Positions 22,901 to 31,512 of a stretch of DNA of 57,831 bases are shown one piece after another (within the stretch, counting starts at the first letter, position 1; each line of letters begins with the position of its first letter). A program made the translations under genes and the position numbers. The stretch lies in the NCBI RefSeq assembly GCF_002087085.1, contig NZ_MWQY01000022.1, positions 1 through 57,831 of the forward strand, read 5' to 3'. Below the pieces are notes generated by a model that did not search any database, was not told the origin of the DNA, and saw nothing but the letters and a program-made list of their open reading frames with translations.

Positions 22901-24760
22901 AAGAATTTCAAAATCCCGGCTGATAGGGCTGCTTGAATTTCCGGCGGCGTCTTCAACAACAAGGCTCAGGGTGTACAGGCCGTCCCCGGGAACAGCTGTG
23001 TCGAGATTATAGGACCATGTATAATCCTGGGACAGATCGGTAAAGTCATCGGGAAAAACAGGATTCGACGGGGCTGCCCCAACGTGCAGGTATACAGTCC
23101 TGACATAACCGGTGTAGCCGTCGGCTTGAACATCCTGGGCTCCTCCCCGCAGGGTAAAGACACCGTTGATGACCTCGTCCTCGGCGGGGCTGCTTATGTT
23201 CCCGGAAGGGGGCTCGATGTCACTGATCAGCTGAAGGTTTCCATAACCGTAATTGCCGACCGTCCCGGCTCGTACGCTGACGGGCAGCTCGCCGTTCTGT
23301 GTAAGGTCAAAGATTTCTGAATCGAAAGGTGCCGTCCCGACGCTGACGCCTTCGGAAAGGTCCGCCGTAAAGGTATCCGCCCCGGTCTGATTCATCCGGA
23401 GCTCATAATCCCCGTCATTGTCCCAGTCGAGCCACACTTCGCCGCTTCCCAGCCCGGTAACCTTGGCTGTAACGGTCACAGATCCCGCATCCCCGATAAA
23501 ACTGCCCTGGGTGGGAGACGTTACCTGAACCACCGGTGCGAAGGAACTGACCCGGAAACTGGCCAGGTTGGGAGCAAGTTCGTTTGGCTTGCCGAGAATG
23601 TCCTCGACGTAGAGGGTGTAGTAGTATTCCCCATCGGGAAGATTGGTCTCGTAAGTCCACTGGGTACCCGTAACGGTAAAGTCTTCCCAGTTTGCACTTT
23701 CCACAGGATTGTCACCGGAATCGAAGATTTCTATTTCCAGGGTATCGTTTTTGATACCGTCATCGTCCTCGGCAAAAAAGCTCAGGCGCTGGGGCATACC
23801 CAGAACGTTGCCGGCGGCATTATTGTCAAAACTCGGGATAATTTCCAGAAAGTACGGCTTGTCCGAGTCCTGGTAAAAGGTAACCAGAAGCTGTTCGCCG
23901 GGGCTTGTGTTTTTCCGTGTCAGGGTATAATCCGAGGCGAGCACCCCTGCATTAATGGGGATTCCCTTGTAATCCGCGGCATGCAGTTCCTCGATTATCG
24001 GAGGTGTCTGGCCAGGGTTGGTTATGGCGACAATGTCGTCAAAATGATAAAAATAGGGGTTATAGTTTCCGCTGAAATCCTCGGCCTCCACTACAAAATA
24101 GTAATCCTCGGGTCCTCCGGAACCGATCCCGAGGCTCTCCGAATCGAAGGGATAGTACCAGCTCGAGGTTCCGGTAGCCAGTACGTCGGTAATAACCGGT
24201 GTTCCGTCCTGATCATAGAGGGAAATCAGAACCCGCTGTACCCGGGTTGTATCCACCGCTTCGCCTTTCAGGGTAAAGAACTGGTTGAACTCCCGGGTAC
24301 TGTAGCTTGTCGGGGAGGTAATCATGACAGTGGGAGGATTGTTATCGACAATTAGATAAAGACTGATTTTGGCGGATTTTCCGGTGGTATCAAGGGCTGT
24401 CAGTATAAACTCATACTCGCCATCGTCCATCAAAGCGGTATCCACACTGCCCGACCAGTTTCCGCTGCTGTAGGTAGCATTCTCTTCAATACCGGGTCCC
24501 TGAATGCGTACTGACTTGATACCCTGATCGTCCTCTGCAGTACCGGAAAGCTGGATCACCCCGGATACGTAATCCCCGTTTCCATGGCTGAGGATATCCA
24601 GGCGCGGCGCGTTAATGTCAACGGAATCACCAAGACCGGGTGAGAATAGATCACAGGTACTCAACAGAAGGGCCAGAATAAAAAAAACCGCCGCACCGTA
24701 AAGGTATAGTATTCCTTTCGGGGGTTTCCCTCTTTCTCTTTTTCCGTTGTACCTGGTCAT
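13901..24760 (-). CDS. Giant (3619 aa) acidic surface lipoprotein with tandem bacterial Ig-like domains and a distinct C-terminal beta-rich head
   Basis: Lipobox-like LLLSTC followed by DLFSPGLG; many ~100-aa repeats (DxxxP...GTAxD...W...AxDxAGN); DxDxDG-type motifs; non-Ig C-terminal ~500 aa. Confidence 0.88.
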   Translation of the reverse strand: MTRYNGKRERGKPPKGILYLYGAAVFFILALLLSTCDLFSPGLGDSVDINAPRLDILSHGNGDYVSGVIQLSGTAEDDQGIKSVRIQGPGIEENATYSSGNWSGSVDTALMDDGEYEFILTALDTTGKSAKISLYLIVDNNPPTVMITSPTSYSTREFNQFFTLKGEAVDTTRVQRVLISLYDQDGTPVITDVLATGTSSWYYPFDSESLGIGSGGPEDYYFVVEAEDFSGNYNPYFYHFDDIVAITNPGQTPPIIEELHAADYKGIPINAGVLASDYTLTRKNTSPGEQLLVTFYQDSDKPYFLEIIPSFDNNAAGNVLGMPQRLSFFAEDDDGIKNDTLEIEIFDSGDNPVESANWEDFTVTGTQWTYETNLPDGEYYYTLYVEDILGKPNELAPNLASFRVSSFAPVVQVTSPTQGSFIGDAGSVTVTAKVTGLGSGEVWLDWDNDGDYELRMNQTGADTFTADLSEGVSVGTAPFDSEIFDLTQNGELPVSVRAGTVGNYGYGNLQLISDIEPPSGNISSPAEDEVINGVFTLRGGAQDVQADGYTGYVRTVYLHVGAAPSNPVFPDDFTDLSQDYTWSYNLDTAVPGDGLYTLSLVVEDAAGNSSSPISRDFEILQSSDLPIISLSNLTVGGAADENPLGRDPSIVGLVEDDDSVDVSTIEIQVDGGAWTPVSKVPSGDRNIASWSHVLSGISQGEHSMQIRVRDIGGNLSILPLTGFIVDYGPPDLSISAPTNNAVFNTDFSIDISAADANGLKLVKIIFNGSEEYVLLEDAAEPYDQLSYDGSYSFSVDAGGDDDGEYTYQVIAVDASDGTTTLDRGVIVDASPPILVIEQPADSTVVNGAAVNVRGTTNDNRSVAGVYADINPVGSSPDTDILDWDFIADGTYTWSFDFSSLELNSSDVPLEYIISVRAVDGAGNISGEYARSVHIDQGSDRPEIGFNDLDKDETTATNNVLTGAVSLVGTIEDDDSIDPGLFFGSAIEISLDGAPWEPVSGPPSSSGRLVAWKHDISALSEGLHRVKLRVRDSQSDGTSGASSIAPEYSTNFNWNIEDSVDQSGIPFILNIGPPSLNILTPAGYSYNNSDVIISGTAVDANGVASVEISLDNGSSWDDLEVTPGTSINWQFNLPVSADGTDDGVYTCRVRALDAYGSEALQNVQFTVDASLPTAAINQPQGSDIVNGSLVFSGTGGDNISLAAAYYNIQESSLPEPDFPEDYTPLGGTYSWNGTFDTSPVSDGDYTLRVVSEDMAGNFSEVSSVVFTVDQESDRPVISFSSINQSGSFSENLLPGAKQVAGTIIDDDKVDVSTIQYRLYEENGTDLVSAISPDWMPISGAPSSDTTLATWLHTFGAGLSDGKYQVILRVADTLDAGAFSAGGYGWSESPMVKIAVDTANPGVTVTAPLNGGYTNDDFVLEGIASDASGVQRVQIQYGTAAPETLYEDSADPYETSVNWSDLYDVDTDAHSDDGILNYSITVTDVYGKITTTDRYISIDTVKPLIESLVLVNNDQTGGGIINGSALIQGAPQDQETLVTAVYLRIDTSLPDAPGPDPTVEGWELLAGTTSINKRFNSTLLTDSVPHAAYLIVEDRAGNRTAPGDYVLSFTPVQAGNAPELSLDTPDGSLLRYSDSISGTIRDDDGVDVDSIEISFDNGSSWYPVSSHSASNSTSVVFSHSLSDPGPGVSERIASYPVQVRAYDTGEDFLDDSQDVDPVSALSTGISLNVDNSEPAASISQISNGVSSSVTLQGIYVNDRFTLTGTASDGVRVAEVRAKLGGEASFAAVTDTGTDFSTWSWNRTGLNIGADSLVVNLEVEDVHGRTTAYSYTLLVDEDPPVVEFLTEPGTYHGELNIRGGASDTVMVSRVYLAHGTTQPSDPAGNDPESDVDYEALGSSYSWSYLLNTRDINNTDSDLTYYVTAIAVDGAGNISAREDLSFVINQGSDRPNISFSNITAGAAAVDNLLESNAKVLGSADDDDGLASLQFAVSEDDINYVPWTPVTTDGSTPVSVSGINLNWQNYVADLGEGIHYIKFRLRDTEYVDLSTPFNEVETPSVAFTIDTGAPALSVIDFEIDNAYAAGTVNKTATAGTLINNSFLMSGTAVDGTVLTDVEISTNGIDFVSVDTLNAPDWSHTVAIPRDGSMDGSLTLYISAVDQFSKSTTISLPVNIDTTEPDIIPTQPAGMDLADPPNVNGTVTLRGSVTEASAVTGFSAVGGISDDVLLSNSGTSLNWVLELDSDLYAGPLYATETVPGSSNIWRFPVDVSASDAAGNLGSEVFQVDIDPDSDKPQLYLTAPAASSSVAGAFIVQGTVSDDDDIQKVTIQVDLDDDGFYTSSLDLDGSGSSGDSDFEDESVPIDLSVTNGSWNILMNQSNELSKASLIAAGYAAADGWIRLRVIPYDVDNTRSGSPNLAGEAREVRIYIDSTAPLIEGQGEALPRPLNGSIVSGPMVELSARFKDDMPLTASRMQISYDGGVSFQSISDAGGSVTDNGLVDGYYEYDLELELDTTAAGGIVPGGNGILQAVLRVTDQTFKQNTLSIQLNVDNTLPTGSFNYKDDLSYIGTPPAEIYSFHGNSTSGGDYLLIGSAEDTGTISGIESVRVYFVKNGNFYNPTTGSTSAVSTADVPDMSGIEQMIPFTEDPSLLIDVDKRSERGLYDDDPADGDDDGFQESLLSKGTYDEWFVYFDTSIFPDGPMDMYTLVYDTAGNYVHQRVSIQIVNNPPEIESIEIDESGTLYSGLFKRTDSVYLKVNASDYEGINPASYTASVRGRRTAPNGLEDSTGVPAVGTTIDISDTGDGTNENDINLDISGWESGVQYTLRIEVLDTDDNLVQRDIELWVNNSDITPPVVEIDDLDQSNVTPLNGHIDEAGFSLNDGGSIIAAIASVSGDREFFVSTDLMGNGTVQPGWTAAFENGEWRGIADFDSGSGEVLLKSALDGTPAGDVTIQAGQADISGVVSFTGTAYDDTVVNDVEISFDSGITWYSVDSLTRIGGDDIAGYDYTWSYTINTADPSESVSWTTAALDQTVMVRATDGPNTGVLTPAGSSSDMNVDVVPYISEINRLTPGLKTNRSRFGRYSVYHNETDIQVVGFNLNPTTAGLYRDPAGSGTPDALTVSNIAPDFTSFELSIGGTSRSGWLGIRVDGVDAVNNVNSNQRSYNSTYGTDGNEADWNDDRYFFLFKVGEYFGPDPESSYSPQHPAMTIHPGTSRLFGAWSSYATSDVFFASGNTDAAAFRSRVYHTYDTAEHIDIAMDATSPTSTGRLALAWLANNSSDGNYSDGHISSFPYERNANFIDGDVDNDGAANLPANTEQWTRSFFDNWYYQGEGLSYDSELFQFSQVRTARYGANVHWAYHDRISNTLKYQYVSTANNDEAELQDWVNIDGTDTDTDGGENNRMVTGGIARTTDAGEFLSLALDEDYYPVIVYYDNIGKTLRLARTGSTAPQDDENQWTRQEVFLPDDPNKDFNGKHISAVVDDQGYLHISFWSDDTGYLYYIKSDNNPENGGAYSFGYSQIVDDTGTAGIYSDISLNRAPGTDEPYIAYLNSARMNTRDGIKLAFYDAVKGGWEYVVIANNTIVTEKRVSIEYVRGGSPDWQAAFGYASADRFELNYLMPEVP

Positions 24761-24783
24761 TTCATATATCCTCTTCCTGTTGA

Positions 24784-27700
24784 TCAGAACACACGTACCC
24801 GCACTCCCAGGGAAACCCTGTTTTCAAGGCCCCCTTCCACATCCGAGGAGATAAACCAGAGCTGATTTTCAATGTAAAGACTGTAGGTATTAAAGGTGTT
24901 CATTGTGGGAATCTTTACCTTTATCAGTTCAAGCTGGGCTATAAGGGCACCGAGAACCAGTCCTGACTCCTCTTCAGGGCTTTCGGTCATGGTGAAATAT
25001 TCGAAGGCGGAGCCGAGGGCAAGACTCGAAGAGACAAAATCCCAGTCGGGACCGAAAAAGTATCCGTACGGCAGGGTCGCCACATTCGCAAGGAGTTTCA
25101 CTCCAAAAACCTGTCCGTTGAACCGCCCTTCCGGAGAACTGCCGAATCCCACCTGAAGACGCACATTTTCATCAAAAAAGGTCAGCCCAAGACCGAGCTT
25201 CCAGTAGGTGGAACCAAGAAAGTTGCTGTCCAGATAGAGTCCCTCAACGAACTGAGGAAGCTGTCCCTGGGTTTTACTTCCCTTTCGCAGCACTATTTCA
25301 ACAGCTTCGACACCATTCAGGTCGTATGAAACCCCCGTGACAAAAAGGTCGCCGTTAACGGCGGCGCCTCCCTCCGGTGTTCGAATACTGATTCTCGGCG
25401 CTACCTCGTCCACTACGACCTTGACTCTGGTCAGTACCTGTTCGCCGTTCCTGAAAACAGCCCTGACAATAATTTCCAGAGGCCCCTCTGCCAGTTCACC
25501 GGTTTCGAGCCTGAAACGCCAATCATTTTTCACCTTGATTTCCCGGTAATGCTTTCCGTTATCCAGACTGTATCCCAGCTCAAGGAGCTCCAGGGCTTTA
25601 AGTTCATCCTTTGACATCCCGGCTTCACCGCCAGGATCGTCAATTAAATAATCCGCCTTCCCTTCGATCCAGGGTCTGCCGCCGACATAGTCGCCGGTTC
25701 CCACGGATGTTACCGAAACCCATCCGCCCTCCCGCCGATAATTCAGGTTCCGGGCTGCACTTTGTATAATCGACCCGTCGGGGGTGCTCGTTTCAAGCTG
25801 AAAGCTGCAGGGGCCGTTTTCCATCTCCTCCGGAGTAACTGGTCGCCTGAAATATCCGTTCTTTCCGGTGGTCAGGACGTCGAAGGGAGTTCCGTTTTTC
25901 AAGAGCGTTATTTTTTCAGATATTCCGATTCCTTTGACTCGTCCCTCCAGGAAGAAGGGACCATGAAGATCAGCACCTTCAAGGGGAAAAAGCAGTTCCG
26001 GGATGATGATGGATTCATCCGTCCTTATGTGGATATTACGGGATTCGAAGGTTTCGTTGGCGGCTTTATCTCCAGCGTACACAGTCAGGTTGTACAGTCC
26101 CGCCGGCAGATCGCTTGTGTCCAGGGCCTGCACCAGCACCTCCGCAGGATCCAGGTTCCCCTGAAGGGCTGCCGGGATTTCGCCTTCGGTCTCAGAATCT
26201 TTCATCGGCGAAAGTACATAGCGGAGATTCTCCAGAGCGATACCGTCTCCCGCCCTCAGTTCAAGCTGCAGGGTGGAGCTTATCGTTTCCCCCTCCCTGG
26301 GCCTGGCCAGTTCAAGAACAGGAGGGGTGTTATCCAGTGTAATAAGACCTGAATGAAGGGCAGAAACACCATAGGAGTCCACAGCCTTGATCAGAATCAT
26401 GTAGCTGCCGTCAACCATGATCTCGGTATTCAGAGGATAGGACCATTCCTCTGCGCCGGAGGCGCGATGAAAGCTTCCCCCGTTGTCCAGAGAAACATAC
26501 ACGCCTTCTATTCCGTTTGCATCCGAGGCTGTTCCGGACAATTCAATCTGTTTTCTGCTGGTGATTCCCAGCCCCGGACTGAGCATAACGGCCTCGGGGG
26601 CCTGACGGGAGACGCGAAAATTAACATACGCCGGTTCACTTGCGACACCCCGCAGGTCCAGAGCTCTGACCTCAATCACATGTTCATTATCCCCGAGAAG
26701 CTCAATATCTATTTCCGTATCGAAGGCGGATCCGGCCTCGAGGGCCTTAAACTCTCCCTCGTCCAGGCGGTATTCTATGGCTGCCACCCCGTCATCGTCC
26801 GCTACCCTTCCCGACAGGCGGAAGGAATCCTGAACGAGAGCATCCTGGGCAGGCTCAAAAATCTTGACCTTCGGCAGATCCCCGGACCTGTCCACATTAA
26901 GCATTGGAGAAAACATGCTTTCATTCCCTGCAGTATCCCGAATAAGGATGCGGGGCTCGTATTCTTCGGCAAGAATGGGCAGTTCTATCGGTACCGTCAG
27001 GGACCTGCCCTCTATTTTCAGTGGAAGAGGTTCCTCTTCACCCACGATAAACTCGCCGCTGAAACCTTCCGTCCACTCATCCTCAAGTTTGAGCATGAGC
27101 GAAAAGGCTCCATTCACAGGATCCCCGGCGGCGGGAAGTATCTGGGTCACCTCCGGCGCTTTCGTATCCTTGATCAGGAGGATTCTCTCCGTTCCCAGGT
27201 TGCCGCTGGAATCCTCAGCTGTCAGGGTAAGATAAACCGGACCATCAGGATAATCGCCGGAATCCAGAGGCACTGAAAAGTTGATTTCGTCGGTGCTGCC
27301 TTTTTCAAAGCTAACAGGAAGCTCAGTTTCTTCTCCCTCTGCCGTTCTGTAGCGGAGCGCTGCAAGCCCTCCCGTGTCCCGGACGCTTCCGGTCAACGTT
27401 AACTCATTGGAGAAAAAAGGCCCCGGAGGGTCCGTTTGCACCGACCATCGGGGAGATGAATTATCCCCGAGGAGGGTAAAAGGACCATATTCCAGCTCCC
27501 TTCCTCCGGTAGTGACCAGGACAATTCGCAGATTCCTTGCAGGAAGATCCGAAGCAGTTTCCAGCGTCAGCCTGTTTCCCTTCCAGGTAAGGTTCAGCGC
27601 CCCCTGCCCTCCCGTCACCTCCGCCCGGCTGATATCGTATCCGGGAACAATAAAATCCATACCGGAATCTACTCGAAAAATCGAATTTCCTGTTTCCGCT

Positions 27701-29514
27701 GCCAGGGGAATAATCCTGGCCGGCGGTGGCTGTGCCCCCGGTATCTCCAAAACGAGACCGGCCTTCGCCTGGGCACGGCTTCCTCCGGCGTCATCCCTTG
27801 CCTCGATATCTATTCCGAAAAAGCCGGCCTCCTCCGTATCCGGTATCCTTATCTGAAACAGGTATTCCCCTTCGATATCTGTTCTTTTGAGGGAGACCTT
27901 TCCTTTTCCGCCGTCGGGAAATTCATAGGAAGCCTCCCCGCTTCCGCTTTCGAACAGGATCTTTCCGGATATGTACTGTATTGACGCGACTGCGGCTTTT
28001 AAACCCGGTGTATAGGGAATCTCCCGCTTTTCCGAATCGGTCAGCAGGGTAAAGCTGATTTCAGGAGGGGCTGCGGGGAGCAGGAAATCCTTCCTGAGCA
28101 CTTCTCCCTCTATTTTGTTGCTGTCTCTGGGCAGGATTTCCAGGCTATGTTCCCCGGGTAAAAGCCCCTCCAGGGGAAAACGAAATACAGGACCGCTTCT
28201 CAATTCCCGGGGTTCCTGATCATCCAGAATATAAGTAATACCATCCGCCGAATCGTCATCTGTAAGCCAGCCCATAATCTCCGGTACGGATCCGCCTTCC
28301 GGTTCCCCTGTCTCCGAAAGCCGGATTTCCGGCTTATCCCCTTCCCGGTCCAGATCCCGTTCCAGAACAAGTTCAGTAATGTTGCCCGCGAGATCGGTGA
28401 GGGAAAAAACGCTGTCAGTTTTTTCTTCGCCGGAGAAATCCAGCGGTACCGACCAGAACGGATCTCCGGCCCTGAGGGGAATTTCTGCAGCTTCCTCTTT
28501 TCCTCGCCTGAAGGTCAGAGATGCGAGTCCGACATCATCGCCGGCCCGACCCATCACTGTGAAACGTCCGTTCAGGGACTCAGACTCTCCGGGATACACT
28601 ATCTCCAACACGGGAGGCGAGTTGTCGATAAAAAGATGGAGGACCTCGGTAGATAGTTTCGTTTGAAGATCTTCAGCTATAAATTTCAAGGAATATAATC
28701 CGTCGGCCTGTTCACGGGTATCGATTTTAATATCGAACTCAGCCTCCCCGGAACGTAGATCACCCTTCAGTTTTATTTCCGACATCTCCGCGTCATCACC
28801 GGCTGCCAGGGTTCCAAGGGAACGGATTCCGTTAGCATCCCGGAGAATGCCGGAAATGCTGATTACACCACTTACACGATCGCCATTGGCATGGGAAGAA
28901 ATCCTTATTTCCGGTGCCAGGGTATCCAGCACAAAAGGAACCGAGACCGCTGTGCCCGGAGTACCGTTGATATCGACGCCGCGAACGGAAAGAACATGCT
29001 CGCCGTCTTCGAAATCTTCGGAAGAAAAAAAGAAAGACCAGTAATCCCGACCCTCGGCCCGGACAAAATCTCCATCGTCGATTTTTAGCTCGACATATTC
29101 AATACCGTCATCGTCTGTAGCGCTGCCAAGAAGATTTATATCACCGCTGATGGTGGTATCGCTGTCGGGAAAAGTGACCGAGACCTTCGGCAAATCTGAT
29201 TCGGGGCTGACACGAAAATCAATGGCTTCCGACTCCACACTGTTACCGGCCGCATCCATACCCCTCACCCGTACATGATAGATACCGGGTTCCAGGGAAC
29301 CAAGGTCAAATCTGTGATGCCACTGTTCAAGACCGGTAACAGGAAAAAACTTCTCCAGAATAGTATGATCCGAGGCCTCGATATCCATATCCCGGACTTC
29401 CATTGACTCCAGAGCTTGAGAATGGAGTAACTCGACTGTGAAAAAAAGATTCAAGCTTACCAGCAGCAACAGGATTAGGCTTGTTCTTTTTCCCCGTAAC
29501 ATCATGTTTTTCAA
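24784..29514 (-). CDS. Large (1576 aa) Ig-like repeat protein with a putative C-terminal outer-membrane beta-barrel
   Basis: Signal peptide; repeated DxxxPxhxhxxP/GxAxDDxG/AxDxAGN units; last ~155 aa are alternating amphipathic strands ending LGVRVRVF. TTG start; nearby ATGs are alternatives. Confidence 0.85.
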   Translation of the reverse strand: MKNMMLRGKRTSLILLLLVSLNLFFTVELLHSQALESMEVRDMDIEASDHTILEKFFPVTGLEQWHHRFDLGSLEPGIYHVRVRGMDAAGNSVESEAIDFRVSPESDLPKVSVTFPDSDTTISGDINLLGSATDDDGIEYVELKIDDGDFVRAEGRDYWSFFFSSEDFEDGEHVLSVRGVDINGTPGTAVSVPFVLDTLAPEIRISSHANGDRVSGVISISGILRDANGIRSLGTLAAGDDAEMSEIKLKGDLRSGEAEFDIKIDTREQADGLYSLKFIAEDLQTKLSTEVLHLFIDNSPPVLEIVYPGESESLNGRFTVMGRAGDDVGLASLTFRRGKEEAAEIPLRAGDPFWSVPLDFSGEEKTDSVFSLTDLAGNITELVLERDLDREGDKPEIRLSETGEPEGGSVPEIMGWLTDDDSADGITYILDDQEPRELRSGPVFRFPLEGLLPGEHSLEILPRDSNKIEGEVLRKDFLLPAAPPEISFTLLTDSEKREIPYTPGLKAAVASIQYISGKILFESGSGEASYEFPDGGKGKVSLKRTDIEGEYLFQIRIPDTEEAGFFGIDIEARDDAGGSRAQAKAGLVLEIPGAQPPPARIIPLAAETGNSIFRVDSGMDFIVPGYDISRAEVTGGQGALNLTWKGNRLTLETASDLPARNLRIVLVTTGGRELEYGPFTLLGDNSSPRWSVQTDPPGPFFSNELTLTGSVRDTGGLAALRYRTAEGEETELPVSFEKGSTDEINFSVPLDSGDYPDGPVYLTLTAEDSSGNLGTERILLIKDTKAPEVTQILPAAGDPVNGAFSLMLKLEDEWTEGFSGEFIVGEEEPLPLKIEGRSLTVPIELPILAEEYEPRILIRDTAGNESMFSPMLNVDRSGDLPKVKIFEPAQDALVQDSFRLSGRVADDDGVAAIEYRLDEGEFKALEAGSAFDTEIDIELLGDNEHVIEVRALDLRGVASEPAYVNFRVSRQAPEAVMLSPGLGITSRKQIELSGTASDANGIEGVYVSLDNGGSFHRASGAEEWSYPLNTEIMVDGSYMILIKAVDSYGVSALHSGLITLDNTPPVLELARPREGETISSTLQLELRAGDGIALENLRYVLSPMKDSETEGEIPAALQGNLDPAEVLVQALDTSDLPAGLYNLTVYAGDKAANETFESRNIHIRTDESIIIPELLFPLEGADLHGPFFLEGRVKGIGISEKITLLKNGTPFDVLTTGKNGYFRRPVTPEEMENGPCSFQLETSTPDGSIIQSAARNLNYRREGGWVSVTSVGTGDYVGGRPWIEGKADYLIDDPGGEAGMSKDELKALELLELGYSLDNGKHYREIKVKNDWRFRLETGELAEGPLEIIVRAVFRNGEQVLTRVKVVVDEVAPRISIRTPEGGAAVNGDLFVTGVSYDLNGVEAVEIVLRKGSKTQGQLPQFVEGLYLDSNFLGSTYWKLGLGLTFFDENVRLQVGFGSSPEGRFNGQVFGVKLLANVATLPYGYFFGPDWDFVSSSLALGSAFEYFTMTESPEEESGLVLGALIAQLELIKVKIPTMNTFNTYSLYIENQLWFISSDVEGGLENRVSLGVRVRVF

Positions 29515-30180
29515 GGATATATCAGGACTCTCCTATATAAAATATTTCCCTTTTCTACTGATTTATATCGGTTACAGGATTTACAATCTATAATCATTCT
29601 TAATAAGACTGTTCCTTTCGCTATGGTGTCAGGGCTTCCAGCCACACAAGCCGTAATAGCTGATTTCATGATAATCAGCTTCTGTATATTACCTGTCTGT
29701 ATTCTTCAGGTATTCAATGAAAAGAGAGCATCTCCTGTGCCAAGTCGATATCAGAATCAGAAGGTTCACTGTAATTCTTTATTCAATAACATTTTGTACG
29801 CAGATATTTTTTAAGAGGCTTTCCGGATTCCCCGTTTTGGCTTGCTGGAAAACGCTCCTGCATCTGTTTTCTCGCCCTGAATGTCGAGGCTTCTCGACAA
29901 TTTCGTCGAGACTGCCAGTCGGCCCATCCCGGTAAGAGGATATAATTGGCTTAGATTTTTCGAATTGGTAACATGTTCAACCCGGCAGCAGGCCGGTTTT
30001 GTGGAAAGATATAATCACCTGTCTTTCCCGGAAGCACCAGCGGATAATCTTTACCCCCTCGATATTCCCGATTCTGCTCAAACGGGACCGCAGCACACGC
30101 AGGAACAGCATTACCGTTCCTGCAAAAGACCAGGTTGAAATCTGTCTCAGGGAGCCGGGTATGGAAATTGAATATTTAAC

Positions 30181-31386
30181 TCAAAGAATAATCCCGAGGC
30201 CGAAGGCCGCCAGCACAATCAGGGGAGGCGGAATTTTCGTAAACCCGAGCAATAGAGCGGAGGCTGCTGTTACCGTCAAGTTTTCAAGACTGATACCGCT
30301 GGACAGAGTCAGGATTACCGCCGCTACTGCGATAAGACCGCCGGCAACCGCGTTTATTCCCGCCAGGGAAAGCCGAATCGCCCGTATCTGCTTCAGGTCC
30401 TCCCACAGGGGATAGACAAAATAGATCAAAAGAAGTCCGGGAAGAAATATCCCGATTCCGCCAATGGCAGCCCCCAGAGCCTGAATAAGAATCCCCTCCC
30501 CCCTGGAAGCCATTCCACCGGCATAGGCGGCAAAACTGAACATCGGTCCGGGGAGTCCCTGGACAAGACCGTACCCGGTCAGGAATTCCCCGCCTGTCAT
30601 GAACTGCCGAATATCAACAAGTTCTCCGTACATGACAGGAACGACTACCTGTCCGCCGCCGAAAACCAGGTATCCGTAGCGGTAAAAGCGCTCAAAGTTC
30701 TCCAATAACCTGAAGTCAGTCAGGAATGCAGCTGCAAGTCCCCCCACAGCAAGGGCCGCGAAGAGAACAAGATAGCCCCAGGGCGGACGAATCTGAACAG
30801 GGTTCCACATTCCCTTTTCCTGTTTTAGCAGAATACTTATCAGTCCCCCGGCAGCCAGAACAAGGGGGAAGACCCAGGGGGACCTGAAAAAGAAGGTAAG
30901 CACAGCAGAGCTAAGCAATAAACCCAGAGACAAAAGATCGGTAACCACCTTTCGCCCGATTCTTAAAGCCGCAACGATAATAAACCCCACCGCCATGGGT
31001 CCGATAAATCGCAGAATGGAATGGGATACATTCATGGAAGACAAAACCTGGAACCCGAAGGAGAGAAAACCCATGACAAACAGAACCGGCAGGGCCCAGA
31101 CAATCATCGTGAAAAAGGCAAGTTTTCTGCCTCCCATCCTGTAGCCGATGGAAACAATGGTTTGCGTACTTGTCGGTCCTGGAAGAATGCTGCACAAAGC
31201 CATCAGTTCAACAAGATCCTGCTCCTTCAAATAACTCTTTTTTGTCACCATCCGGTCCAGGAAAACCCCCAAATGAGCCTCCGGTCCTCCATAAGCCCCA
31301 AGGGAGCAGATCAACACATCCTTCAAAAACGCCGGATAGGAAACATTGCTCCGGAGTGTTTCCTTATTGTCGTTATCAGAATTCAT
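30181..31386 (-). CDS. chrA: Chromate efflux transporter (long-chain CHR)
   Basis: Duplicated motifs AYGGP...LPGPTSTQ and VFGGG...LPGPMF; many TM segments. Confidence 0.92.
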   Translation of the reverse strand: MNSDNDNKETLRSNVSYPAFLKDVLICSLGAYGGPEAHLGVFLDRMVTKKSYLKEQDLVELMALCSILPGPTSTQTIVSIGYRMGGRKLAFFTMIVWALPVLFVMGFLSFGFQVLSSMNVSHSILRFIGPMAVGFIIVAALRIGRKVVTDLLSLGLLLSSAVLTFFFRSPWVFPLVLAAGGLISILLKQEKGMWNPVQIRPPWGYLVLFAALAVGGLAAAFLTDFRLLENFERFYRYGYLVFGGGQVVVPVMYGELVDIRQFMTGGEFLTGYGLVQGLPGPMFSFAAYAGGMASRGEGILIQALGAAIGGIGIFLPGLLLIYFVYPLWEDLKQIRAIRLSLAGINAVAGGLIAVAAVILTLSSGISLENLTVTAASALLLGFTKIPPPLIVLAAFGLGIIL

Positions 31387-31512
31387 GGCGAAGTCAAGTT
31401 ATACATTGCATCCCCTTGGGGGCAAGTCTTTTATCAATTTCTGTCTGTGCTGGATTATTCACAATTTCGGATTATAATGAGACTATCGGAGACTGAAATA
31501 AGGATAAGCTCA

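Noticed and set aside
13901..24760. DGR target or DNA-level tandem repeats in the giant gene
   Set aside because: No reverse transcriptase in the window and no near-identical nucleotide repeats noticed; repeats are visible only at the protein level.
14309..29088. Many 100-375-aa plus-strand ORFs within the Ig-protein genes
   Set aside because: Antisense shadows caused by codon bias; no RBS or domain evidence.
31021..31512. N-terminal extension of the LuxR ORF
   Set aside because: Overlaps chrA on the opposite strand; the recognisable domain and RBS begin at 31513.
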